From assembly GCF_000829315.1 (NCBI RefSeq), contig NZ_AP013028.1, positions 300,001 through 332,000 on the forward strand: 32,000 bases of DNA, in the 5' to 3' direction. This document shows positions 19,038 to 28,470 of the stretch, piece by piece. The translations under genes were made by a program, and so were the position numbers. The first letter of the stretch is position 1; each line of letters starts with the position of its first letter. This DNA comes from Wolbachia endosymbiont of Cimex lectularius (GTDB lineage Bacteria > Pseudomonadota > Alphaproteobacteria > Rickettsiales > Anaplasmataceae). Below the pieces are notes generated by a model. The model did no database searches. It saw nothing but the letters and a program-made list of their open reading frames with translations, and was not told where the DNA came from.

Positions 19038-19266
19038 CACCCTTTCCATAATCATCAAAACGTCGTATTTTAACATAAAACAGCTACTTTTATACTCACC
19101 AACTTAATAAAATTCCTGGATGCCAGGGTCAGCTACTTGCATGACACCCTAGTGGTAGTCTCAAATCACAACGTTCGTATAGTTGTGTGTCAGCTACTTA
19201 CATGACACCACTTTTGCTTCAATATTTACCATGCCCTTAAATATATACTTCTGGAATCAATATAAT

Positions 19267-19342
19267 TGGTGGCTGAGGAGGGACTTGAACCCACGACCAA
19301 GAGATTATGATCCTCCTGCTCTACCAACTGAGCTACTCAGCC
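19267..19342 (-). tRNA. tRNA with anticodon CAT (Met elongator or Ile2)
   Basis: GGCTGAG TA GCTC AGTTGGTA GAGC A GGAGG ATCATAA TCTCT TGGTC GTGGG TTCAAGT CCCTC CTCAGCC A CCA; full cloverleaf with encoded CCA and one T-T mismatch in the T stem. Confidence 0.95.
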
Positions 19343-20635
19343 TAATTGAAGACCTTGTTATATATATGGTCTATATGCTTTGTATAATAAGCAAAATCAA
19401 ACAAAGATTCAAGTTTTTCAGAGTCAATAACTCCAAGCAAGGATTTGTCTTGTTTCAATTTGGACAGAAAATCACTGTTGTCTTGTTTCACTTTCATTGC
19501 ATTGCTCTGAACAATTTTATACGCTTCTTCCCTAGTTAGACCACTATTTACTAACTCAAGCAATACACGCTGTGAGAAAATTAAACCTTTTGCTGAATTT
19601 AAGTTCTTTTCAATGTTTTCCTCATTAATCACTAATTTATCTATTAAATCTGTCAATCGCACTAAAGCAAAATCCATTGTTATGCAAGCATCAGGAGCAA
19701 TACATCTTTCCACGGACGAATGTGATATATCTCGCTCGTGCCACAATGCAACATTTTCCAGTGCAGGAAACACATAGCTACGTATTAAACGTGAAAGTCC
19801 AGTTAGATTTTCACTTAAAATAGGATTACACTTGTGTGGCATAGCAGAGCTTCCCTTCTGCCCAGTGGAAAAATATTCGGAAACTTCGCCAACTTCAGTT
19901 CTTTGTAAATGACGAATTTCAACGGCAACATTTTCCATTGAACTTGCAATCACCCCTAAAATTGAAAAGAACGCAGCGTGCCTATCACGAGGAATTACTT
20001 GAGAAGATATAGTCTCAGGTATAAGTCCCATTTTTTTTCGCTACATATTCTTCAACAAATGGACCAACATTCGCAAAATTACCTACTGCGCCTGATATTT
20101 TGCAAGTTGAGATCTCCTTTTGTACATTAATTAGCCTTTGGTAGCTGCGTTTAAATTCTGCATAAAACCTGGCAAATTTTAACCCAAGTGTAGTTGGCTC
20201 TGCATGCATTCCGTGACTACGCCCAACGCACACAACCCCTTTGTAATCCTCAGCTTTTTTTTTCAACGCCGCAAGTAAGTTTTTTAGATTTTCAAGTAGA
20301 ATATCACACGACTCTTTCAGTTGCACAGCAAGACACGTGTCCAAAACATCAGAACTTGTCATCCCGTAGTGGAGATAACGAACATCAACTCCCACTTTTT
20401 CAGCAATGTATGTGAGGAAAGCTATAACATCGTGTTTTACAGTGGATTCGATTTCGTTGATCCGCTCAATATCAAATTCGATAGTGCCAGAAAGCCTTTC
20501 AGCAACATCATTTGGAACCACTCCTAACTCTGCTTGAGCCTCGCACGCTAATTTTTCTATTTTGAGCCATATATTAAACTTGTTATTTTCTTCCCAAATG
20601 GAAGACATTTCTTTACGACTATAACGAGGAATCAC
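19342..20635 (-). pseudogene. purB: Adenylosuccinate lyase, split by a 1-nt frameshift in a poly-A run
   Basis: N-part (20015..20635) ends ...VGPFVEEYVAKKNGTYT*, C-part (19342..20031) begins MGLIPETISSQVIPRDRHA. Together they form one PurB. Run of 8 A (minus strand, 20031-20038) would be in frame with 7. Confidence 0.9.
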
Positions 20636-20668
20636 TAAATGGCCTCCTTTTTATTTCTAAGTATCAGT

Positions 20669-20850
20669 GGGCTTTGTTGCACAGCAACTAAAAAACTTGA
20701 TAGTTGCTGACAAAATTCATTATGAGATAGTCGTTTAACCATTAAAGAAAAAATATGTTACAAAAAATAAAAGTCAGCAACCAAAACGAATATAACAAAT
20801 TTTTCGAGGAAAGGGGACATATTTTTCACTTCGTTGATAGACTTCTCGCA
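20669..20850 (+). mobile_element. Possible 5'-end remnant of a second IS5-family (IS903-like) element
   Basis: gggctttgttgc resembles IS903-group termini (GGCTTTGTTG...). Short degenerate reading frame from 20757, MLQKIKVSNQNEYNKFFEERG, resembles the N-terminus of IS903-type transposases. Confidence 0.45.
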
Positions 20851-21139
20851 TAACTTGGGCTAAGCAAAAAAAAAGACAATAAAACCCCGAGTGGCGAGTT
20901 TTGACTCTATAATACTTTAAATTGGTGCTATAATAATCTACTGACGCTTAGTTCAAGCGCGATTTGGCTGAATGTAGAAAAAATGAAAAAGACATGCAGC
21001 CGCTATAATTTGATACAATCCGCCAAAAAATACCCCGAGTTTTTTACTGAATTTTGTCATTGAGCCTGCAGATCAAAAACAAGTTTTGAGTCAGAAATAC
21101 CCTTATTGCTATGGTAACGAAGTTGAAAGAATTTGTCAA
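20850..21139 (-). repeat. Dispersed intergenic transcription-unit-like module 4
   Basis: Minus strand: TTGACA (21139-21134), 17 bp, TACCAT (21116-21111); ggctgcatgtctttttcat; 3' block caccaatttaaag...ctcggggttttattgtcttttttttttgcttagcccaag. Confidence 0.55.
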
Positions 21140-21325
21140 GCAATTTTTTGTAGCCCCCATGGTCTCAAAAACCAGCGTCACGCGCTGAAATGACAACAAG
21201 AGGGAAAAATCTACTGCAGTTAATGGTAATTTAATTAATTCTGATTAAAAATGGAGAGATCAGTTAATGATAAAACAAAAGTGGCGACATGCTGCTTTTT
21301 ACGGTGTGGGGCCGAGGGCAACTGT

Positions 21326-21353
21326 AGGGCATCGCTCTTGATGCTCTTTTTTT
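21326..21353 (+). terminator. Rho-independent-terminator-like hairpin
   Basis: agggcatc-gctctt-gatgctct followed by a T-run (21347-21353); 8-bp stem with one G-T wobble. Confidence 0.5.
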
Positions 21354-21424
21354 GGTGCCAAAAAGAAAATTTCAGATTATCATATACTTAAGGTGTATTA
21401 GTTGATTAGAAAATTAGTGAAAAA

Positions 21425-21766
21425 ATGCTCAAACACAGCGGCCCAAAGAAATTAAAGTCTATAATAGAAAACTATGCATTAAAATGCATGAAGAGTAAGC
21501 TGAGCAAAAATGAAATACGTCTTATTTTAAACTGGAGAAGCATAGTTGGAGAGGAAATAGCAGAGTGTACGAAGCCAAAAAAGATCTCGTATGCACAAAA
21601 TATAAATTCCGGTGTTTTGCATCTGGTAGTAACAAATGGCAGCAAAGCGCTGGAAATTCAGCATATGGTCTCTCTTATAATGGAGAAAATCACAATATTT
21701 TTTGGCTACAAAGCAGTATATGGTGTAAAAATTAAGCAGGAGAGTATTGACTATTTCGCTGTATAA
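21425..21766 (+). CDS. DUF721 / DciA-like protein
   Basis: LRLILNWRSIVGEEIAECTKPKKI-type arrangement (EIRLILNWRSIVGEEIAECTKPKKISY...GVLHLVVTNGSKALEIQHMVSLIMEKI), typical of DUF721. Confidence 0.82.
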   Translation: MLKHSGPKKLKSIIENYALKCMKSKLSKNEIRLILNWRSIVGEEIAECTKPKKISYAQNINSGVLHLVVTNGSKALEIQHMVSLIMEKITIFFGYKAVYGVKIKQESIDYFAV

Positions 21767-21803
21767 GGTAATCTAAGTACATAAAATAACTTGGTATATT
21801 AAA

Positions 21804-22118
21804 GTGAGTAGAGTTTGCGAATTAACAAACAGGAAAAAGTCTTTTGGTAATAAGGTATCACATTCAAACCGTAAAACAAAGCGCACCTTTTGCTTAAATT
21901 TGTGCAATGTTACGTTGATGAGCAACATATTGAACAAAAAATTTAAATTTCGTGTAGCGTCGAGAACTTTGAGAACTGTGGATTACAAGGGCGATCTTGA
22001 CGCTTTTTTGCTCAACACAAGAACAGTTAAGCTAAGCGAGAAAGCACAAAAAATAAAAAGAAGGTTGAAAAAAGTTTTAGCAAAACAAGAGGTGGAACTA
22101 GCCGTTTCAGATGCATAG
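21804..22118 (+). CDS. rpmB: 50S ribosomal protein L28
   Basis: [69 protein letters not shown]. Confidence 0.97.
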   Translation: MSRVCELTNRKKSFGNKVSHSNRKTKRTFCLNLCNVTLMSNILNKKFKFRVASRTLRTVDYKGDLDAFLLNTRTVKLSEKAQKIKRRLKKVLAKQEVELAVSDA

Positions 22119-22974
22119 TAAGCCTACATGGCTCAGGGCAAAAGCTCCAACTGGTGAAATATTCAATGAGACCTTAAACACTGTCAAGTTGCATAATCTG
22201 CATACGGTGTGCGAGGAGACTGCATGTCCAAATATTGGTGAATGTTGGAATAAGCGTCATGCTACTGTGATGATTCTTGGTTCCGTTTGCACTCGCGCTT
22301 GCGCATTTTGCAATGTTGCAACTGGTGTTCCTGATAAATTAGATCCTCACGAGCCAGAAAACTTAGCAAAGGCGATAAAAAGATTAAACTTAAAGCACGT
22401 CGTTATTACCTCTGTTGACCGTGATGATTTACCAGATGGCGGAGCGAATCAGTTTATAAGGTGTATAGAAGAAATTAGAAAGATAATTCCAGAAACAACA
22501 ATAGAGATTCTGACTCCCGATTTTTTAAATAAGAAAGGAGCATTCGAAGCAATTGCTGTTGCCTCACCTGATGTCTATAACCACAATATTGAAACAGTGC
22601 CAAGACTGTATGCAAAGATAAGGCCAAGGGCTCGTTATTTTCATTCACTATATTTGCTGAAGATGGTAAAGCAAATTAATCCTAAGCTTTTTACCAAGTC
22701 AGGGCTTATGGTTGGTCTTGGGGAAACAAAAGAAGAAGTACTTCAGGTTATGGACGATTTACGCAGTGCCGAGGTTGACTTTATAACGATCGGTCAATAC
22801 CTGCAGCCGACTCCAAAGCATGCAAAAATCGATAGATATGTTACGCCAGAGGAGTTTGAGCATTATAAATACGTTGCTTACTCCAAAGGGTTCTTAGTGG
22901 TTGCATCAAGTCCACTGACTAGGTCATCATATCACGCTGAGGAAGACTTTAACAGGCTCAAAGCTTGTCGTTGA
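22111..22974 (+). CDS. lipA: Lipoyl synthase (radical SAM)
   Basis: [42 protein letters not shown]; [12 protein letters not shown]-like region; [16 protein letters not shown]-terminus. Confidence 0.98.
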   Translation: MHSKPTWLRAKAPTGEIFNETLNTVKLHNLHTVCEETACPNIGECWNKRHATVMILGSVCTRACAFCNVATGVPDKLDPHEPENLAKAIKRLNLKHVVITSVDRDDLPDGGANQFIRCIEEIRKIIPETTIEILTPDFLNKKGAFEAIAVASPDVYNHNIETVPRLYAKIRPRARYFHSLYLLKMVKQINPKLFTKSGLMVGLGETKEEVLQVMDDLRSAEVDFITIGQYLQPTPKHAKIDRYVTPEEFEHYKYVAYSKGFLVVASSPLTRSSYHAEEDFNRLKACR

Positions 22975-23008
22975 TTCTTGCATAACTTCTCCTTTAGTTA
23001 CGCAAGAA
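22975..23008 (+). terminator. Hairpin immediately 3' of lipA
   Basis: ttcttgcataact-tctccttt-agttacgcaagaa, 13-bp stem with one wobble pair, no strong T-tract. Confidence 0.45.
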
Positions 23009-23118
23009 GTCTATCTCCACTTCTTCGAGTTAAGGTTGATTAGCTTTTCTTTAAGTATTATGTACTAAACCTTTAGTTTAAAAATATTTGTTTACAGTAA
23101 AATCTAATCGGAGGAAAT

Positions 23119-24978
23119 ATGCCGAGGCACATTTTTAACATCGTCTGTAGTGAAGATACAGTAGGTAACGATTCTAGGTATAAAAGGATCAAGCTTGTTG
23201 AAAATAAAGATGATGAAGAAAAAACAATAAAATTCTGTGGTCCTTACTTTGGAGCATATAGCATTCGCGAACGAGATGGAAAAGAAATTTTTGAACTATG
23301 GGTTGAGAAGGCAAAGTATAAACTCCGCGGAGATGATTTTTGTGATAGCTGGACAGATGGAGAACTTTACCAGAAGAAAGACATTCCGCTCAATAAGGTT
23401 AAATTAAAGGTAATACTTGATGAAGATTGTGAATATAAGATCGCTGTGTCTGTCGAAGACAGTCAATGGATCACTTTACCTAAATCATCATTATTTGGTG
23501 AAAATCTTAATTTAAAGAAATACTACAATCGAGAACTTAGTTTATTGAGAGGAGAAAATTTCTCATCACTCTCCAATGGTAAATATTACATACCGAAAGT
23601 TATGTACGGCCAAATAAAGATTTGTGAGTTAGCACCTTTTAGCTTTCCAAACTGTGATCGAGGCCAAGCTGAACTTGAGGGTTTCTCATATCCTTGGGTA
23701 AGTGTAAAAAATAATAAAATAGTTGTTGAAAAGAATGGCGAAGGTGAGCTTTTAATTTACTTTGCTGATGGAGATGGAATTCGTTCGACTAATATTAATG
23801 GGGGTACAAAAAATATTGTAGATTATGCAAACTCAGTTTTAAAAGCAGTATTGCTTGAAAATTCAAATATAAGAGAAGTTCTACCTGAGCTTGAGCTTGA
23901 TGATAGTGTGAACTTAGATAAAAGAAAGTTAAACTGCTTAATTAGCAAGACGCACAACGCAGATCTAGCACAAGTTGCTCAGGAATTGGTTACTAACAAA
24001 AAAGATGAGCTAGGAAAAGCAGTTCTGGAAGCAAAGGATAGTGATCAAGAAATCTTGGTAAACAGTTCTGTTTTGCAGGAAGGAGTGGCGAAAAAATTAA
24101 GAGAAAATCCGGGAAATGCAAAGGGTCCTAAAGGTGATAAAGGTGAAGATGGTAAGGATGGAGAAAGTCCATCAGCTGATGCTGTAGCTACTCAATTACT
24201 TACTGGTGAAAAAAAAGATACTTTGGTAACTGAAGTTTCAGGTAATCAGGTTCTAAAAGATGCAGTAACAACTGCTTTGAACAGTGATGATGGTTTTCAC
24301 AGTATTGCCAAAAGATCAACAAATGCTAACAACGCAAAGCAGAAATTTACTTTGCAAAAAGGAGAAAAATTATTGGACGATACCTATGAGGCAAATATTG
24401 TTTCAGATGGTAAGACCATAGCTACTCTACCAAAAATAGGTTACTACATGCTCAATGATCAGTTGGTCGTGCGTAATCATGTTACGAAAGAGGAGGTGGC
24501 TATTCCCAGAGATTTCCATTATTTAAAAGTTATTAAATTTGGCAGTGGTTTTAGCAGTGGTGATTATAAATTGACCTTTTGTAATGTACTTGGTAATGAG
24601 TTTTTTGAGTATAAAAAATATGACCCGCAGTATTCAAATGTTTCGGATGAATATAAGTTCATAAATTTAAATTGTGCGAAAAAAGAATATAACCCCAATC
24701 TCAGCGAGTTATTTGGCCATCGGCCATCGTTTTTCATTATAGAAGAACCTGATGAACCAGGCTCTCCAGGTCATTATCAAGCTGATGTGTTCGAATTAAC
24801 AAATAACAACAAAGGTAGGAAAATGGCTATATTAATTGATAAATTTTGCTATTTTAATGAAAATGATCAGTTTAAGTGTTGCAATTACCACAAAGAAATG
24901 GAGTGCCGTATTTATGATACTTCTGAAATCAATCAAGAATATAGGATAATAAGAGTTAATTTAACCATTCTCATATAG
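23119..24978 (+). CDS. Hypothetical protein with collagen-like GPKGDKGEDGKDGES linker
   Basis: 619-aa uninterrupted ORF with G-X-Y triplets near the middle. No enzyme motif recognised. Confidence 0.85.
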   Translation: MPRHIFNIVCSEDTVGNDSRYKRIKLVENKDDEEKTIKFCGPYFGAYSIRERDGKEIFELWVEKAKYKLRGDDFCDSWTDGELYQKKDIPLNKVKLKVILDEDCEYKIAVSVEDSQWITLPKSSLFGENLNLKKYYNRELSLLRGENFSSLSNGKYYIPKVMYGQIKICELAPFSFPNCDRGQAELEGFSYPWVSVKNNKIVVEKNGEGELLIYFADGDGIRSTNINGGTKNIVDYANSVLKAVLLENSNIREVLPELELDDSVNLDKRKLNCLISKTHNADLAQVAQELVTNKKDELGKAVLEAKDSDQEILVNSSVLQEGVAKKLRENPGNAKGPKGDKGEDGKDGESPSADAVATQLLTGEKKDTLVTEVSGNQVLKDAVTTALNSDDGFHSIAKRSTNANNAKQKFTLQKGEKLLDDTYEANIVSDGKTIATLPKIGYYMLNDQLVVRNHVTKEEVAIPRDFHYLKVIKFGSGFSSGDYKLTFCNVLGNEFFEYKKYDPQYSNVSDEYKFINLNCAKKEYNPNLSELFGHRPSFFIIEEPDEPGSPGHYQADVFELTNNNKGRKMAILIDKFCYFNENDQFKCCNYHKEMECRIYDTSEINQEYRIIRVNLTILI

Positions 24979-25069
24979 CTGACCAAGGAAAGGCTTTCCC
25001 ACATCATACCGCCTCAGTCTTAGCCGCTAACGCGTAGCGAAATGACGGTTGTCGGTGTTACTTTAGTTA

Positions 25070-25506
25070 TAAATATTTAAAAAATTTACCAAGCGAGAAA
25101 AAAAGCAAAAGAAGCCCTGACCATTGTTTATCTTCAGTATTGGCGTTTTTTTAAGTCTTAAACGCTGCAATTTAGCGACTTTTAAACTGCAACAGACCCT
25201 TAGCTTAAGCGCTAAGAAACTTACTAAGCAGAAAAAAAGACAAAAGAATCCCGTGTTAGATTGTTCTCACTCTCTAATTCTGCAAATTGGCGTACTATAC
25301 TGTCTTAAACGACTTATAAACGCGTTTCAGCTTGTATAGGGAAAAACCTAGAAGCCTAGGTAAAATTAATAAAGACATAAGGTGCACATAGTGCAAAAAA
25401 TTAAACATAAGACACCAACCATAATACTCTTGTCGTTTAATCTGCACAGATGAAGATAACTAAATACTTCCAGTTACATGATAAAAGGAATGGCGAAAGT
25501 TGTCAA
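25070..25506 (-). repeat. Dispersed intergenic transcription-unit-like module 5 (two tandem 3' blocks)
   Basis: Minus strand: TTGACA (25506-25501), 17 bp, TATCAT (25483-25478); ggtgtcttatgtttaattttttgcactatgtgcaccttatgtctttat; then two copies of the cgccaat...gcttcttttg(c/t)cttttttt...aa(a/g)ttt block. Confidence 0.7.
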
Positions 25507-25641
25507 GCAGTTTTTTTGACTCTGTTTCTATGCCGGTGTTAGCTACAAAGTAGGCTACCGTTTTTTATGCAAATGCAAGAGATCTATTGAAATACCCCTG
25601 CAAAACTATACTATTGATTAGTGCACTATAAATTTGAAACT

Positions 25642-26754
25642 ATGGATATATTAGGCAAACTGGTAATCTTACTATCAGTTTTTTTACTCTCTTTTCCTTC
25701 ATATTCATATCAATTTAGAACCAAAGCAAACCAAGCAGTAGTCTTAGATTTAGCCTCAGATTCGTTCATCTTTGAGCATAATTCCGATGAAAAAATGGCC
25801 CCATCTTCAATGAGTAAGTTGATGACTTTATACGTGGCCTTCGATTACCTAAAAGCTGGAATAATCAACATGGAAGATAAGTTTCGAGTAAGTAGAAGAG
25901 CGTGGGAAAGAAAAGGCTCTTCCATGTTTTTGAGGGAAGGTCAATCTGTTACGGTGAAAGAACTACTCGAAGGAATTATAATAGTTTCAGGTAATGATGC
26001 TTGCATCACGCTAGCTGAGGGCATTGCAGGGTCAGAAGAGAATTTCGTAATGGAAATGAACGAAGTTGCGCATAACCTGAATCTAAACAACAGTCATTTT
26101 GTCAATTCAAGCGGGTGGCCGGATGAAAATCATTTTATGAGCGCAAAAGATTTGGCAATATTGGCGAAGAGGATTTTCACTGATTTCCCCGAGTATTACG
26201 ATTTATTTTCTGAGCAATATCTGACATATAATGACATTTTACAAAAAAATAAAAATCTCCTACTTTTTCACGATATCGGAGTTGATGGCCTAAAAACCGG
26301 CTATACAAACGCTGGCGGTTACGGAATTGTAGTATCTGCAAAACGAAACGATAGGAGAATTTTCGCCGTTGTAAATGGGCTGAGTACTGAAAGAGAGCGA
26401 ATAGAAGAGGCAAAAAGACTTATACAGTACTCCTTAAATCATTTTAGCACTAGGAAAATATTCGCTAAAGACGATGTAGTTGAGAAAATAAATGTTCTAT
26501 ACGGAAAAGACAGGAAAGTGCCCATCACAGTTGCAAACGACGTTACTATAACCTATAGCCGCAACTTGCATGATAAAATTAAGGTGCGTGTTGAATATAA
26601 AGATATGATACCTGCACCAATTAAAAAAGGGCAAGAAGTAGGCAAAGTTTTTATAGAAATACCGGGTGTTGAGCAGCAAATAGTACCACTTTATGCAGTA
26701 AACGACGTACAGGAATTAAATTACATAGAAAAGTTTTTTAGGATGTTGTTTTGA
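25642..26754 (+). CDS. D-alanyl-D-alanine carboxypeptidase (PBP5/6, DacA/DacF family)
   Basis: APSSMSKLMTLYVAFDYLK (SxxK), VSGNDACITLAEGIAGSEENF (SxN), GVDGLKTGYTNAGGYGIVVSAKR (KTG). Start placed at the ATG at 25642; the ORF is open from 25621. Confidence 0.95.
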   Translation: MDILGKLVILLSVFLLSFPSYSYQFRTKANQAVVLDLASDSFIFEHNSDEKMAPSSMSKLMTLYVAFDYLKAGIINMEDKFRVSRRAWERKGSSMFLREGQSVTVKELLEGIIIVSGNDACITLAEGIAGSEENFVMEMNEVAHNLNLNNSHFVNSSGWPDENHFMSAKDLAILAKRIFTDFPEYYDLFSEQYLTYNDILQKNKNLLLFHDIGVDGLKTGYTNAGGYGIVVSAKRNDRRIFAVVNGLSTERERIEEAKRLIQYSLNHFSTRKIFAKDDVVEKINVLYGKDRKVPITVANDVTITYSRNLHDKIKVRVEYKDMIPAPIKKGQEVGKVFIEIPGVEQQIVPLYAVNDVQELNYIEKFFRMLF

Positions 26755-26871
26755 AGCTTAAATGGCGCATCATACCCAAAAGTGAGGCATGTGCAAAGAA
26801 GACGATACTAGCAATAAAGAAAACAAGAGAAAGGAAAACAACAAAGAGGACTAGTCCTTGCCCTACTGTAT

Positions 26872-26898
26872 ACAGAATGGCAATTTTTGCCGTTCTGT
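26872..26898 (+). terminator. Hairpin between the carboxypeptidase gene and module 6
   Basis: acagaatggca-attttt-gccgttctgt region: an 11-bp near-perfect stem around a short A/T loop. Confidence 0.35.
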
Positions 26899-26985
26899 AA
26901 CTTATACCAATTCCACTACACAGAAAGTGAATAGACAACAGTGGAAAAAGTTATAACTTCATCCAATAGAAACAAAAAAAATTAC

Positions 26986-27385
26986 TTGACAAATCTCACC
27001 AATCCCATTATCATAAGGTTGAAGCTATTTGTTTAACTTCTCAATCTGTGCAGGTTAAAATGACAAGAAAACTTTCAAGGTTTTTACCTAATATAAGCTA
27101 AAACGCGCTTGTTAAAACGTTTAAGACAATAAAAAACGCCAATTTAAAAGATAGATAGTGAATAACTAGCTAACGGGGTTTCTTTTGCCTTTTGTCTGTT
27201 TAGTAAATTTCTTAACGTTTAAAATTAGATCAGTTGTGGTTTAAAAGCAGCCAGATTAGACGTTTAGAATAAAAAAACGCCAATTTATAAAGTTAATATA
27301 AATAATTAGCCACCAACGGGGTTTCTTTTGCTTTTTTTCTCGCTTGATAAATTTCTTAAATATTAAAGCAATTCATGAACAAACA
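26986..27385 (+). repeat. Dispersed intergenic transcription-unit-like module 6 (two tandem 3' blocks)
   Basis: TTGACA (26986-26991), 17 bp, TATCAT (27009-27014); ctttcaaggtttttacctaatataagctaaaacgcgcttgttaaaacgtttaagac is the near-exact inverse of module 1; two tandem acgccaattt...acggggtttcttttgc(c/t)ttttt blocks. Confidence 0.7.
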
Positions 27386-27418
27386 TTTGTTGTAAAAACA
27401 AATGTTATCATTCCAGCG

Positions 27419-27545
27419 CGTGACGCTGGAATCTAGAAATTTTATTAGGTTGGTGAGCATAAAAGTAGCCGTTTTACGTTAAAACACAACATTTTAATTA
27501 TTATGAAAAACTGGATCCCAGTATCAAGTACTGGAATGACAAGAA
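27419..27545 (-). repeat. Dispersed intergenic repeat (inverted, diverged copy of 920..1005 and 19040..19125)
   Basis: Reverse complement gives ttttcataataattaaaatgttgtgttttaacgtaaaacggctacttttatgctcaccaacctaataaaattt, flanked by ccagcg(c)gtgacgctgg and ccagtatcaagtactgg palindromes. Confidence 0.75.
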
Positions 27546-27730
27546 AAGGAGACTCTGGGATGACAGGAGGGGACCACTTTCATGTTACCGTCATAAAGTG
27601 AAATAAGATCCAAGATTTTGTATTAAAAAAATACTTCCCTTTTTCTGGAACACTTTGTATAATGAATTTAGTATTGCATTGCAAATTACTTAAAGTAGAA
27701 CTTTTGGTACTAAATCTACAAGTGGGCTTT

Positions 27731-28264
27731 ATGAATAAAAAATTTTTTTGTTCATCATTATCAATAAAAAGTATAGAGGAAAACGGCGTATTTTCTGGTT
27801 ATGTGAGCGTTTTTAACGTAGTTGATAAACAGAATGATCTGATCTTACCTGGGGCATTTAAAGAAAACTTGAATAAAGATAAAACAACACTTCTCTGGCA
27901 GCACAACCCGAGCGAGCCTATAGGTTATATTATAGATATTCATGAAAATGATGTTGGCCTGTATATAACTGCACATTTACTTTTGGGTATCCAAAAGGCA
28001 GAAGAAGTTTACTTAATGCTCAAGACTGGAGTAATCAACGGACTTTCAATTGGCTATATACCTATAGAGTATGACATTGATCATGAAAGTGAAGCTCGGG
28101 TATTGAGACAAGTGGAATTATGGGAAGTCAGTTTGGTTACTTTTCCTGCAAATTTAGCTGCTCAGGTAGTTAATGTAAAAAGTCAGGATAACGAGCAGAA
28201 GGTGTTGATAAGAGCAATAAAAAAGGCAAGAGATGCGCTTACAGGAACATATATTTCTACTTAA
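27731..28264 (+). CDS. HK97-family prohead protease
   Basis: SGYVSVFNVVDKQNDLILPGAFKENL, TTLLWQHNPSEPIGYIIDI, GLSIGYIPIEY, LWEVSLVTFPANLAAQVV: classic U35-family protease motifs. Confidence 0.93.
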   Translation: MNKKFFCSSLSIKSIEENGVFSGYVSVFNVVDKQNDLILPGAFKENLNKDKTTLLWQHNPSEPIGYIIDIHENDVGLYITAHLLLGIQKAEEVYLMLKTGVINGLSIGYIPIEYDIDHESEARVLRQVELWEVSLVTFPANLAAQVVNVKSQDNEQKVLIRAIKKARDALTGTYIST

Positions 28265-28470
28265 AGCTTATTGCAAGCAAGGGCTTTATTGTAAATAGTA
28301 AATACTTACTTAACATTAAAAACGTTCAGGTTAGATTTGACATTAGCATTAATGCTTATTTAATATTTACACCAATATATATAGTTTTGTTACTATTTCC
28401 AATGATCGTTAATAAAATTTGACTCTCAGCTTGGGAAAAGTTTTAAAAGTTTAAAAGATAAGGTAGTTTT

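Noticed and set aside
25124-25339. 71-aa plus-strand ORF MFIFSIGVFLSLKRCNLATFKLQQ...
   Set aside because: Runs antisense through module 5 repeat blocks and is not maintained in homologous modules 1 and 6.
26738-26938. 66-aa minus-strand hydrophobic ORF after the carboxypeptidase gene
   Set aside because: Could be a small membrane protein, but it overlaps the 3' end of the dac gene, contains the 26872 hairpin and has no recognised family. Not supported enough to call as a CDS.
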